Positions 30,232 to 45,626 are shown, numbered from the stretch's first letter. The stretch is DNA of 64,000 bases from Eledone cirrhosa (GCA_964016885.1 OZ024747.1:82336001-82400000); one strand, 5' to 3'. Numbers and translations: made by a program. The notes: a model not told the origin generated them from the sequence alone.

Positions 30232-30901
30232 ATATATATATATGTCTACTATGTCATGGATATACGATTCGAAACTAGGCACAAAATAATTTCAGAGTAT
30301 ATTTTCAATATTTTACAAATGCTTTCGTAAAAGAAGACATACACCACGCATAGGCATTAACACACACCATCTCACACATCCACACGTCACACACAATACA
30401 CACTCTCTCACACAATCTCACATAATACACACAAGCACATACACACGAACAGATAACAACCTATCACTACACACACACATACATTATGTGGTTTGATGAT
30501 AAGTGAAACTCTAGTAATCATACTTAAAAATACTGAGAGGCGATAACAACTTATACACATGCATATACACAATCACATAATCCCACACAGACACATATAC
30601 ACAGAGAAGCATATTCAGACACATATACATAGGAGCATACATAGATATGTATAAATACATGCAATTAACCGATGCAAATACACACATTTATCACACACAT
30701 ACTTACTGAAGACTTACAGACATTCATATACAGAAACACATACACAGGCATCCATACACAAAGAAGCATAGATAGATATGTATATATACACACACTTCAC
30801 AATGATACACATACAAAACTTGTATACAGAGAAAGAAACACGGACATACATACATACATACATACATACACATACATACATATATACATACATACATACA
30901 C

Positions 30902-31510
30902 GGTGGTTGCCAACTCGTTTTCGAGTACGGCCACTACTTTATATCCATGTAGGAGAACCCCTACCGATGCGCTGAACAAGTGTGACTTTTTAGTCCAGCC
31001 AGCGACTTGAAAACTCTGGTACAAACACTACACCTGTGACAATTATTGACACATAGTGCTGGGCCCATGGTACCATGTGATGACAAGTGCAGAGAGATCT
31101 CCAGATATAAAGCAATGTCTGTGCCGTGAATCTTTTATAGTGAGCAAAGGCACTGCACAAAGCCAGTCCCACTCTCTTAACCAAGATGATATTTACCAAA
31201 AATAAGAACAAGTCAACATCATTGGATACCATCAGGGTTGCAGGTGTTATATCATAGTTTTCCTTCTCCTAGAATTCTGCCTTGACAAAGGCTAAGGGGT
31301 CATCTCTCCCGGTGATTTTGGATGGCCATTGACTCTTAAGAGCTCCTTTGCCCTTTGACAGGTTTTATTTTTAGTCCTGCAGGATGTCCAAAGTCACCCT
31401 CCTCACCAACAAACCTTGGTGGGGTTGCCAGTTTAGTCACCAACGACCCGACCATGGGACAGGTTGTACTGGGATACATGTTACCAGTAGCACCAACTGG
31501 TGACCTGACA
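30902..31510 (-). mobile_element. Non-autonomous RTE-derived element in (TACA)n
   Basis: 3' ~190 bp match the RTE zinc-finger/3' UTR fragment at 61915-62107. Near-identical copies at 46352-46801 and 52049-52250. Confidence 0.8.
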
Positions 31511-31668
31511 TATAATATATACATACATACTGACATACATACATACATACATACATACATACATACATACATACATACATACATACATACATACGTACGT
31601 ACATACATACGTACATACATACATACATACGTACATACATACATACATACATACGTACATACGTACGA

Positions 31669-32268
31669 AAGAATGTCATCTCGCTACTACCTCCCCATGA
31701 GACACGATGGGATAGCTAGAACCATCTGGAACGCACTTCGGAAAACAAAATTAACAACAAACGAGGAAGAATATATTGAGACAGATGGCACTAAGGAATA
31801 CTGGTGGAACCTGAAAATAAAAACTGCCACCAAATTAAAGCACAACCGGCCTGATATTGTTGTTTGGGACCACACATTGAAAACGTGTTCTGTTGTGGAG
31901 ATCAGCTGCCCACTTGATGTAAACGTTGTCAGAAAAATACAGGAGAAGGAGGACATCTACGGACCATTGATGAAGAGTTTACAAATCCAGTATCCAGGAT
32001 ACACCTTTAGCTTCATACCCATCATTATTGGAGCTACGGGTTATATACCAACCCGCTTGGACCAAAGTATGACTGAACTTGGATTTGCGGACAAAAAGCG
32101 CAGCTCCCTAATTCATAGTCTACAAATGGCTGCGATAGCTGGCACCTTCAAAATTTGAAAAACATTCTTGCGATTCAAGGGATGACAATTTCTTTTCTTT
32201 TACAACCTTGCCACCAGGAAGGTGGCCGGTTAAAAAAATTATACTCGAAATTAAGAGAAAGAGATAAC
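31669..32268 (+). mobile_element. 5'-truncated R4/Dong-like non-LTR element (restriction-like endonuclease) in (TACA)n
   Basis: YLPMRHD..WWN..HNRPDIVVWD..VVEISCP..KIQEKEDIY..PIIIGATG matches the PD-(D/E)xK RLE of the R4 group. Confidence 0.88.
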
Positions 32269-32877
32269 GTACGTACGTACATACATACATACATACATAT
32301 ATACATAGGTACGTACATACATACATACATACATACATACATACATACGTACATACATACATACATACATACATACATACATACATACATACATACATAG
32401 ACAGATATAGTTACAGAAAGAAGCATTTATAGATATGCATACACACACACTCATACATACAAATCTATGCACAATCGGCCATTCTTACATACAGTATTAT
32501 ACACAGACATACTACATAGATATATATACACACCGATGCATAAAGAAATCCTAGTATAAAATACTAAAAACAACATTGGAAATAAAATATTAAATATTAA
32601 AAAATTGATATATTTGTAATAAGCAACCTTTCAAATTCAGGAATTAAGACATCTCAGAAAGTCTTACTCTGCATGCATATTAAAATTGTCTTTAAATTTT
32701 ACAACATTCAGAAAAGTTATCTACTCCATGGTTATTTCGGTAAAATTAATTTTATATTGTTTTGCCTTAACTTTCCGTTTTTTTCATTTTTTTCCCCTTT
32801 TCTTTATATTTTGTAATTTCGTATTTGAATAATGATGATTGTGCTTCCAAATGAAGCAAAATTATACTGTATATTAT

Positions 32878-32958
<81 letters not shown>

Positions 32959-33132
32959 TGAGGTGCAGTTTTATGTGTAATGGTAATGATATTGGTACAT
33001 GATGTAGACAAATAGAATTTTATACATGTACTTACATAGACATACTCGTGAATATATACACACCCACGTACACTTATATGTATGAATGTTTGAAAGCATG
33101 TGTATACATACACTCTTATACATCACGTATAT

Positions 33133-33175
<43 letters not shown>

Positions 33176-33399
33176 CATATATACATGTATACATGTATAT
33201 ACATATATATATATGTATACATATATTTATATATACATATATATATATATAAATATATATACATGTATACATATATATATATATATATATACATATATAC
33301 ATATATACATGTATACATGTATATACATATATATATGTATGTATACATATATTTATATATACATATACATATATAAACATATATACATGTATACACACT

Positions 33400-33511
<112 letters not shown>

Positions 33512-33864
33512 CGAGTATACATCATAAGCATTTACAGAAATGCATATATATATTGTACTTAAACATGCACATATACGCATAAAAATATACAATTCTTTAA
33601 ACCAACGTCCTGTTAATTTAAATAATTTTCACCTATTAATAAATAAGTCTTTATGTAATTCTCATTTCAAATATTATTTGAAGTACAATCCATTTGCTGT
33701 AGTTATCTTCGTTAAGTCGATTTACCATAATCTAAAGAGATTTGCAAAAGATTCAGCTGAATCAATTATAATTACCTCAGTTCAATTTCAATAAACTTAA
33801 GTGTTCACACACTCAGACACACACATACATATTTACACAGACATATAAATATACATATATATAC

Positions 33865-33909
<45 letters not shown>

Positions 33910-34019
33910 AGCGTGTATTTTCAGGACAGCCGTAGATAAAAGGTCAAGGAAAACAATGCTTAATCTAGTACAAGAAGTACTTATTTAGTTTATATTCAAT
34001 TTCATGCTATTTACATGTA

Positions 34020-34107
34020 TGCGTAACCTTACGTTTCGAGGTCCAGTTATGGCCACCACTGTTTAGTGTAGGAGCCGTTCTAAAACTCTCCTCTCTCATC
34101 AGGCGCA
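34020..34107 (-). ncRNA. Probable type-I hammerhead with long stem II
   Basis: Reverse complement: TGCGC CTGATGA GAG..(about 50 nt)..CTC GAA AC gtaag GT T ACGCA. First stem I pair is mismatched. Confidence 0.6.
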
Positions 34108-34304
34108 AGGACAAAATTTCAAGTTAAATGTCCAAGGAAATATGTATAGTTAGCGTGTATACTTGTGTATATACTAAAAATATGTACATTTTATACACAT
34201 TTACGGCCTCGGTTACTTGTTACTTCTATTCTGTACATATATAGATGCAATTTTCTTCTTTTCTTCTTCGTCCACTTATTCCTGGGAGCGTTGTGGGTGT
34301 AGAG

Positions 34305-34643
34305 TAATGGCCTCGGTTCAGGGGGGTACAAGGGTTCAAGCCCCCCCCCCCCCCCGAACCAAGGACCTTGTTTCAGTAGGAGTACCAGGGGACAACCCCC
34401 ACCCTCCTACACTTTTTCAAACGTCTATTTTTTATTTTTTGTTTATTTGGTATAATCAATTCTTTTAAAGCTTTTTTTTTTTTTTATATCTGAACTTCAT
34501 TCAAATATATAAAATTTAATTAGCGTAAAATTTTACTCATGTGATAGGGTCCGGGAAAGGCGCCATAAGCAATTTATGCTCCTTTAAGAATCAACAAATG
34601 TTGGTTTGTCCCCTTCACATTTTAAAGGCAAACGAGGCCCCTG
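34305..34643. mobile_element. hAT-type MITE
   Basis: 8-bp direct repeat GTGTAGAG at 34297-34304 and 34644-34651. Imperfect TIRs taatGGCCTCGgTT / AAaCGAGGCCcctg. Confidence 0.75.
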
Positions 34644-34689
34644 GTGTAGAGCATATATATATGTGTATATATATATATATGTGTGTGTG

Positions 34690-34870
34690 AGTCCCGCGTT
34701 CAATCGGGGGTAACCATAGTAAGTAAGGTACTCAATACGTTAGTAGAGTGTAAGCAACAAATTTAATATAGAAATGGCTTCTACAGGACTAGAACTGCTT
34801 CATTCGTAGGAAATCATCAGGAAAGCTGAATGAAACAGTTCTTGTCCTGTAGAAGCCTTTTCTATATTAA

Positions 34871-34872
<2 letters not shown>
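34690..34872 (-). mobile_element. Family J fold-back insertion with hammerhead at 34776-34826 (A15.1 to G)
   Basis: Reverse complement: GCTTTC CTGATGA TTTC ctac GAAT GAA GCAG ttctagtc CTGT A GAAGCC. Homologous to 60750-60947 and 40138-40256. Confidence 0.78.
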
Positions 34873-34957
<85 letters not shown>

Positions 34958-35233
34958 GTGGGGTTATTCATACATACTCACATTTAAACAGGCAAACACT
35001 CAAACAACATATATTATTCGTCATCTTTGTATATTCTATTGCTGTTCATACTGTCGAATTATTAATATCCAGCATCAACTCACGTTTAATGTTATAAATT
35101 CGAACATTTATCTGAAAACTCTGCTGATCACCGCCATATTTTCTCATCTCATCTACACTGTACCATTCACTTCCTTCCTTCCTTCTTTATATTTCTCTAT
35201 ACAACTGTGTCTGATTCTTTATATATATATATA

Positions 35234-35335
<102 letters not shown>

Positions 35336-35359
35336 TGTGTGTGTGCGTGTGTCTATTTA

Positions 35360-35400
<41 letters not shown>

Positions 35401-35423
35401 GTATGCATGTATATATATATTTA

Positions 35424-35464
<41 letters not shown>

Positions 35465-36047
35465 TAAAAAAGCACCCTATACACACACATCTTTTAATCA
35501 CACTTGATATAAAGTTTCTTCACCAAACAACTTAAGCTACTTTTGTCTTTTTTTTCTTTTTCGATTTCCTTTTTATTCTATTGACTATATACTTCAATTC
35601 AATTAGTTCCTATTTTCGGCATTAGTCACTGGCAACATCTCACCCACCCTCCCACCCCTTACAGACACAAACCCTCACACATCAAATATACCTACAATCT
35701 TTCTCTCTTTCTCTCTCTTACATATAACCACCACAAATGTCCACCACAAGTACACTCACACGGACAGACAAAGCTACTCACATACGCAAACACACACACA
35801 CACATATATATTTACAAACACACGCACACTCATACTTATACTTATATATGCACATACATATACCCTCTCACGAAGAAACACTACTCATGTCTACCACAAA
35901 CACACACATACAAACACCACACATATCCACCACAAACACATTCACACAGACAATCACACACATACATACACGTTCCCCATACTCACTCACACATACAAAC
36001 ATCACTCACTCACACACACTCACATACTCAAACTGTTCACATGTCCA

Positions 36048-36120
<73 letters not shown>

Positions 36121-36903
36121 AATACACACACACACAAACACCACACAGTTGCGCCATTATTTTGCACTGTCTCCCTTTTGATTGCGCACATAATCGAAGA
36201 CATATACACACACATACCTATACGCGCACAGATATAGATATACACGCATACACATGTACACATAGATATACACAGATGTACACAGAGAGAAGCACTCGTA
36301 CACATACATAGATATACGCGCATACAGAGACTTAAACATACACACGTGCACATACATATATAGAAATACACACGCACAGACCTATACATACACATGTACA
36401 CATACATACACATGCACATACCTATATATACACATGTACACATATATATATATACATACACACATAGAGAAATATATAGAAATACATGTGCACAGACCTA
36501 TACATACACATGTACACATACAAACACACACGCACAGACCTATACATACACATATATACACATATACACATACACGTATACACATACACACGCACAGACC
36601 TATACATACACACACACATATTCAGACATTGGATGGGAAGAGACAAAAGTCTCAATGTGTACCACCAACCACAACAGACGTGTCTTATCTTCATTTAACT
36701 ACTTTTCGGCCAAATACTGGACATTTCTAAAACATTGGCAACTAGCCAGGCATTTACAGCAGAAGTCTGCAATAAATGGAATCAATCTCCCTCAGTACTT
36801 ACCTGGTACGTATTTGGTACGTATTTGATCAATCAGGCTGGGGTTGGGGCAATAAACCCAGTATCGATCTTGGTGGGATTTAAAATAAGAAATCAAATCA
36901 CGG

Positions 36904-37128
<225 letters not shown>

Positions 37129-37129
37129 C

Positions 37130-37420
37130 CACTGTGGCGAGAATGGCCCGTGTGAGTGGGCCTATTCTGATCATGCGAATTTGAGGAGGAGAGGGGTGCC
37201 CTTCGCGGGTACTCTCGAAGCGTCGGGTGGTTCAGGATTGGTGAGGTACCTGAGTGAACCCTGGGTGGTTATCCCCCTATTGGGAAATTTTCCTTGTATT
37301 TTTATTGTTATTTATATTGTTTACACGTTGTATATATATAACCCACACTGCCCCTGTCTTTTGTATTGTCCCCTATATGTCGGCCCTTGTGGCCAATAAA
37401 TGAAACTATTCCTACTACTT
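37130..37420 (+). mobile_element. Probable 3' end of a non-LTR element embedded in (CTA)n
   Basis: GC-richer island ending with AATAAA (37395) and a ctact tail. Family not identified. Confidence 0.5.
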
Positions 37421-37435
37421 CTACTACTAATAATA

Positions 37436-37820
37436 ATAATTGTTTCTACTTTTTGGCACAAGGCCAGCAATTACCCAGTACATTACTGGTACTTTATTTT
37501 ATCGAGCCCGTAAGGCTGGAAGGCAAAGTTAACCTCGGCGGGATTCGAACTCAGAATGGCAAGGGGCGTCCGACCCTATACCGATACTGCCAGTCCACCG
37601 CCCTACTAATAATAATAATGATTTCTAGTATAGGCACAAGGCCAGTAATTTGGGGGGAAGGGGAAAGTCGATTAAATCGACCCTAATACGTTACTGGTAC
37701 TTTATTTTATCGACCCCGTAAGGTTGAAAAGCAAAGCTAACCTCGGTTGGATTTGATCTCAGAACGCAAAAGGCCGTAACTCTGTGCTACTCACGTTGTC
37801 CGGTGCCCTACCGATACTGC
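37436..37820 (-). mobile_element. Two adjacent Meta-domain-type SINEs (37436-37602, 37620-37820)
   Basis: ctggtactttattttatcgaccccgtaagg..aaagttaacctcggcgggattcgaactcagaa. Confidence 0.82.
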
Positions 37821-37839
37821 TAAATAATGTGATCAGAAA

Positions 37840-38100
37840 TGGAATTTAACTTTCAGGTTGTGATGATAATGTTGAGACATTTGACCACTTGGTTCCAGGT
37901 TGCCAGGTATTAGCTGCCCAGGAATATAAAACGAGGAATGGTAGTGTGGGGCAATACTTACACTAGGTAATGTGCAGGTTCTATGGTCTGAAAACGGACG
38001 GAAAATTGTGCAACCATCACCCAGATACTGTGACAGAAGGCGAGAACGTAACAATCCTCTGAGATTTCCCTGTGAATACTAACAGAACAATTAAAGACAT
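37840..38100 (+). pseudogene. Degenerate R4/Dong-like LINE fragment (CCHC knuckle to pre-endonuclease region)
   Basis: Manual translation: RL[C]DDNVETFDHLVPGCQVLAAQEYKTRN..LH*..CNHHPDTVTEGENVTIL*DFPVNTNRTIK. Confidence 0.75.
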
Positions 38101-38213
38101 TTACTGTTGTGTGTGCCCTCGTGGCATCATTTGTGTGACTAATGTTGCCAATCCGCACTCTTCAATAATAATATTATTAATACTAAAAAAAATGATGTCA
38201 ATATGGGTTTCCA

Positions 38214-38275
<62 letters not shown>

Positions 38276-38699
38276 ATAATAATAGTAGTATAACACTTCA
38301 GTTATATTTTATATAAGACTGTTTTTCCTTTCACTTTTTATTCCCCTATGTTTAGTTGTGTTTTTGTCTTTGTATGTACTCTAAGTTAATTAATTTCATC
38401 GTAGCAAGTCGATATCACAGTATTTAACGAGAGATTTTAATAACCTAGCATAATCATTCCGTCTATAAGAGGTGAGTTTATCAAAATTTTATTTTGCACT
38501 AATTTTACACTAACATAAAATAACAAGAAAAGCAAGAATATTAAAAACAAATTTTCTCTGTATCTAAACTCAAACGTATTGGGATATAGGTATGTATGGA
38601 GTCGTATGGGCGTTGTTGTGGCACCATCGGCGTGTCTTAAGCATCTTAAACCTGATGGAGCCTATCACTTTCCATGTCTGAACACAGCTGATTTCTTCC

Positions 38700-38792
<93 letters not shown>

Positions 38793-39244
38793 GAGAGAGA
38801 GAGACATATAGCGAAATCATCAACCCTAGTGGTGGGATGGTACTTCTTTTAAGGATCTCGAAAGGATGGAAGACAGAGCTTATCATCAGTGGGATTTGAA
38901 GTCAGAACACAGAGCCAGAATGTTGCAAAGTATTCTGACGTTTTAACGTCTCTAACAATTTGTCGTCTCAAAAAAGAAAGACGATATAAAATAAGATAAT
39001 GATGTAACATTTTGAGGAGTGCAAAATGGCTTTCATTTTGTTTGTAAACCAAGGAGAATTAAGATTGTATAGTAGAATACGAGCTCACACTCCAATCTTA
39101 GTGGAAATACTTATCCGCTCGGTTTTTGCTTTATATATATACAGGTATGGACCCGTAATTCGTGGTGGTGTCGTTGGGCACTCTAAACCAATCAGAACCT
39201 TTCCCCTCTCCAGGCGTGAATACAGCCAAATTCTTCCAGAAAGG

Positions 39245-39277
<33 letters not shown>

Positions 39278-39909
39278 GCTTGAAAGATAGGAACAGAGAA
39301 AGAATTGAACCCAGTACTGGATTAGTAGTTTATATAACGGCATCGAAAGGATGAAAGACAATATGTGCTTCACAACGAGAAGATAAAATATTGCAGTTCA
39401 GACTTTAAAGCTTGCAGACGTAATGTTTACTCATCTTATTGTCTATGTCTAAATTAAATACATTAAATACTGATTTAGCTTTGACCAGACACAGAAAGAG
39501 ATCAATAGTAGCGAGGAAATAGTATGTAGCGAGGTTCATGATTATATAATGGGTAATAATGTCGCTATGTATCAAAGGCCGGTGTGATCACATCACGCAC
39601 AGCTGCTGTTGTTAAATTTTCCAATTCGGCAGCGAATCGGCAGAGATTAGAGATTAGACCACCGGATTAAATGCTTCAGTATTTGTTCTGGCTCTATGCG
39701 CTTTGAGGCCAACTTTGCATTTCATCCTTTCGGTTTCGGTGTCGATAAATTAAGTACCAGCCTAGCAACTATAAATGAACAGAATTGTTAATGAGTCGGA
39801 CAGGATGCTTTGTAGTATCTTTTACTACAAAGCATCCCGTATATACTGCATGTGCTATATATACATACATACATATATACACACACACACACACGTATAT
39901 ATATATGTA

Positions 39910-39989
<80 letters not shown>

Positions 39990-40037
39990 CAGCGATTCTT
40001 TGCTTAAACTTTAATCTGTTATTTTAATAAATATATA

Positions 40038-40080
<43 letters not shown>

Positions 40081-40302
40081 AGAGAGAGAAAGAGAGAGAG
40101 AGAGAGAGATAGAGGGAGAGAGAGAGTGAGAGAGAAGGCTGAATGAAACAGTTCTAGTCCTGTAGAAGCCTTTTCTATATAAACTTCTGTCTTCACTCTA
40201 CACATGTATTGAGTACCGTATTTACTGTGGTTGCCCTCGACTCAACTCTACTTATCACACACACAAACACACATATATATATGTATATATATATATATAT
40301 AT

Positions 40303-40498
40303 ATTGTTATACTTTGGGAGGGTCATGTTGCCAATAAGAAACACACGCACCAGTTGCTTTCACTTCAATTTAATTTATTAAATATTTATAAATTTACAAA
40401 TTTATAAATTTCTGGTTGGTTGGTTGGTTCCACAACCAGATAGTTGTTTATATATATATAGTCATAGTTCTTTCGTCACACACTCTGTGACCTCTTCA
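40303..40498 (-). mobile_element. Family K fragment truncated inside the hammerhead core
   Basis: Reverse complement begins TGAAGA GGTCACA gagtg TGTGAC GAA AG aa CT A TGAC. Confidence 0.8.
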
Positions 40499-41059
40499 TA
40501 CATATATATATATATATTATATATATATATTATATGAATAATATGGTACAAAGTAGAGATTTCCAAAAGTAAAAACTTCAGACTGCTTATCATACGTTTC
40601 GAATTTACTGTAACGCAATTTCGAGCTTTAATATTATAATTTCATGTGTGAAAAGCAAGTAAACAGTGTTTAAACCTTGTTTGAGCAAAATTTTCTATTA
40701 TATGAATTTAAATCTTTAGGCAAACACAACACATTGAAACGAAGATAACTCTTCATTAATATAAATTGATATACTCCCATAAGTATATATCTAATATTCT
40801 AAAAGCAAGAAAATATTTTGAAATTCATATGACCGAATAAACTATGATTTGAATTATATTAAAATAATTAATAATGATGTACAATATATGATTAGTACAA
40901 TATATGATTAGATGGAAATATTTTCCGAAGGGATTTTTTTTTTTTTGTGTCTGTTTTTATTCTAAGAACAGTAATTCTATTTCTCATATTAATAAATGTT
41001 ATAGGTTATTGTGTGGTGAGTAGAGTTTTGCAGGAGAATACACTCTCTATTTAAGAATT

Positions 41060-41697
41060 TAACATCTAGGACCGGATATCATCCGCCTTAGCGACTCTGA
41101 GTTCTTTAATTGCTCTTGTGATCTCAGCCACCAAGAGGTTAGACATCGCTCCTAGATGCACCTTGTGTCTATCAGAAGATGCTGTCGTGACTGGGTTTAA
41201 AAGATTAGCAAAGCATTCTGTCCACCTCACAAGAATGCACCTCTCTAAAGAGAGGAGATCCCCAGAGGTGTTCTTGACAGCAGACTTATTACAAAATCGA
41301 TGGAAGGTCTGTCAGAACACTTATAGAAGCGGCCGAAATGGGGTTCCTCCGAAGGGTCTTTGGAGTGCGTAGCCGAAATGGGGTTTCTCCGAAGGGTCTT
41401 TGGAGTGCGTAACTCAGTGGCCAAAGAGTCGTTTTTGGTAGAGATGCTGCTTCTCCGAATTGAGGGATCACAGCTGCAAGATGAGGGACATGTGGTTAGA
41501 ATGTTTCAGGAAAGAATCGCTGGACAGACATTATGAGCAAAACGAGTTGGGAGGATGTCCAGGGGTAGGCTTGGTATAAAACGGTTGGATAACATCCATG
41601 AACTCGGTTTGTCTCGTTCGGGGATCCAGCCGGGTAGATTGGAGTCGGTTGCTCCTGACATGATACACTTGAAGGCTCTGGCCCCACAACCCTCACA
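41060..41697. mobile_element. Degenerate RTE/Expander-like LINE 3' end with inverted 5' piece and (GAA)n tail
   Basis: Plus strand 41325-41697: AEMGFLRRVFG (duplicated 40 bp), LLLRIEGSQL..GHVVRM..SRGR..LAPQP. Minus strand 41060-41320: GDLLS..ILVRWTECFANLLNP..EITRAIKELR. Confidence 0.8.
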
Positions 41698-41716
41698 AGA
41701 AGAAGAAGAAGAAGAA

Positions 41717-41747
<31 letters not shown>

Positions 41748-41998
41748 AAGAAGAAGAAGAAGAAGAAGAAGAAGAAGAAGAAGAAGAAGAAGAAGAAGAA
41801 GAGAAGAAGAAGGAGGAGGGGGAGGGGGAGAGTGGTGGTGGTGGTGCAGAAGAAGAAGAAGAAGACGAAGAAGAAGACGAAGAAGAAGAAGAAGAAGAAG
41901 AAGAAGAAGAAGAAGAAGAAGAAGAAGAAGAAGAAGGGGGAGGAGGGGGAGTGATGGTGGTGGTGCAGAAGAAGAAGAAGAAGAAGAAGAAGAAGAAG

Positions 41999-42030
<32 letters not shown>

Positions 42031-42058
42031 GAAGAAGAAGAAGAAGAAGAAGAAGAAG

Positions 42059-42088
<30 letters not shown>
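41698..42088. repeat. Long interrupted (GAA)n tract
   Basis: Direct reading. Confidence 0.95.
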
Positions 42089-42089
<1 letters not shown>

Positions 42090-42492
42090 TCTTTTAGACG
42101 AACTACCTCGTCTAGTTTCAAGTATTTAATCAGGTAGGTTAGTTTGGTGTCCGAACATAATTAGTGTACATGCACTAATGAACGTGTTGGCAAGCCCCGA
42201 AATATTCTGTACAAGCATTTTCACAGTAATTGGAATTTATTGGCCGCCTCAATTATATATGACATCTTCCCGTACCTGCGTGTCGGTAGATGTATGCACT
42301 GCTTTGATCTTCCATTTTATGCTATACGATGTTATGCTTCACCTGCCACACATAGATAGTGAATATTGTTTGTTCTGTGCTATTATCGTTTTCATGCTTG
42401 GTGTACCACTATAGATCACTTCTAATCAGTACCCGAGTAAGTGATGATATCGTACATATTTTAGTATAAACTTTGGTGGAATCTATATTCTT

Positions 42493-42570
<78 letters not shown>

Positions 42571-42573
<3 letters not shown>

Positions 42574-43003
42574 GATATTAACAAATGGAAACTATATTTA
42601 TAAAACCATATTTATTCTATTATACATATGTCAAGGACACCACGTTAAGTTATGGTATGCTTTCAAAAATACAATATAGATCAGTTTTATAAATAAATAT
42701 TGACATACCCTTAAAAAATGCAACCATTAGTGTTGAAAGCTCCAGGATAGTAATGGTTGCATTTTTTAAGGGTATGTCAATATTTATTTATAAAACTGAT
42801 CTATATTGTATTTTGTCTGATGAAAGCATACCATAACTTAACGTGGTGTCCTTGACATATGTATAATAGAATAAATATGGTTTTATAAATATAGTTTCCA
42901 TTTGTTAATATCGTATGTTTACTCCAAATACTTGTTGAGTGCTTTATATCAGTTATAAAAATATTTGCTTGTTGTATCCCAACAATTTAAATAGAACTTT
43001 TGC

Positions 43004-43008
<5 letters not shown>
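42571..43008. mobile_element. Family G fold-back insertion in (TA)n; HHR at 42809-42873 (GAAA mutated to GACA)
   Basis: Arms 42571-42729 and 42751-42915 are near-perfect. The left arm lacks 6 nt spanning the CTGA core. Confidence 0.88.
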
Positions 43009-43099
<91 letters not shown>

Positions 43100-43109
43100 T
43101 TTTTTTTTT

Positions 43110-43327
43110 GTCGATCGACTTTCGTCAAATCGAACCGAGGAAACAATGTTTCCGTTGGTCTTTCCAGTTGTTAATACTATCTATCGGTCGCAACTCCAGG
43201 TAGAAGGAGCAACGTGAAATAAAGTATCTTGCTCAAGGACATAACGCATCGCCCGGTCCAGGAATCGAACTCACAACCTCACGATGATTGCGAATCCAAT
43301 TGTTTAACCAATCAGCCACACGCCTTC
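43110..43327 (-). mobile_element. tRNA-derived CORE-type SINE
   Basis: Reverse complement of 16829-17045. Confidence 0.88.
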
Positions 43328-43339
43328 TCTCTCTGTCTG

Positions 43340-43431
<92 letters not shown>

Positions 43432-43439
43432 TAGATATG

Positions 43440-43590
43440 AAACATTCGGGAACCCGACGGCTGAGCTGTGGCTGTTTCAACAGCTAGATCCGAACACTAG
43501 CTGTTGGAATGGCAGGGTCTCAGCTGTCGGATTCCCGAATTTTTCCTATTACCCACTCTACTACCCCAATATACCATTACTGCCAGAGTA
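43440..43590 (+). mobile_element. Family D fold-back insertion, diverged
   Basis: ttcgggaacccgacggctgag..ctcagctgtcggattcccgaa followed by cctattacccactctactaccc. Confidence 0.72.
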
Positions 43591-43854
43591 ATGGTCTAAT
43601 TCTTATTTTAAGTTGCTCGCACATTGCTCGGTTTGTTGGGTTTTTTTCGCTGTTTTCTCTTTTTTTCCCTTTTCCCTTCTATTTTCCTACCGTCTCTCCT
43701 CCGTTTTCCCAATAACTTACCCAGTTATTGAACATTCTGGGCGGTAGACATCTTGTCTTTAAAGCGTGGAAATTTCCGAGACGCCCAGTAGACAACTGAG
43801 GAGAAAAACTATTCCCCCGTTCTTGCTTTCTTCTTATTCTCACTCAATTTTAAG

Positions 43855-43890
<36 letters not shown>

Positions 43891-44155
43891 AATTCATATC
43901 TAGTAACATATATATACATACAGATGCATATCAATGTTAGCAAATATATAGGTTTTGTCTTAATAACAGTGTGGTTCAATGCATGGGGTTGCAGAACAAT
44001 AATATAAGAGACGTAAAATAAGAAAATTATAAAATTAACTTACTTACTAAAATATATATATATATTTAGTAAGTAAGTAAGTAAGTGCCATACTAAGAGT
44101 GAGAAATGAAATTTCGTTTTCATTTTTTTTCAACTTATATATATATACATATATC

Positions 44156-45123
<968 letters not shown>

Positions 45124-45126
45124 AAA

Positions 45127-45626
45127 TGAAAATCCGAAGGCAAGGTAAAATTCCAATCATTTAATCACGACACATGTTTCAATAACAGATAGATCGATTG
45201 TGAAGCCATGATCGATTATCACTGATCTCATCAGGTGAAAATGAAATGTCTTCAAATTCTTGATATGAGGGAGAAAAAATAACGATGTTCTCTCACAGAA
45301 TCCATATGAGGGAATGAATTCTGTGAGAGAACATCGTTATTTTTTCTCCCTCATATCAAGAATTTGAAGACAATTCATTTTCACCTGATGAGATCAGTGA
45401 TAATCGATCATGGCTTCACAATCGATCTATCTGTTATTGAAACATGTGTCGTGATTAAATGATTGGAATTTTATCTTGCCTTCGGATTTTCAGTTTGCTA
45501 CTTATACTCCGTTTTACATCATCTAGCTGGTCCCTTGAATGGAATTGGAGATATACAAAAGCGTGGAGAACTTAATATTGCTAATATAAAGTTATTCGAC
45601 CATTTTACACAACCAATAATGCACCT

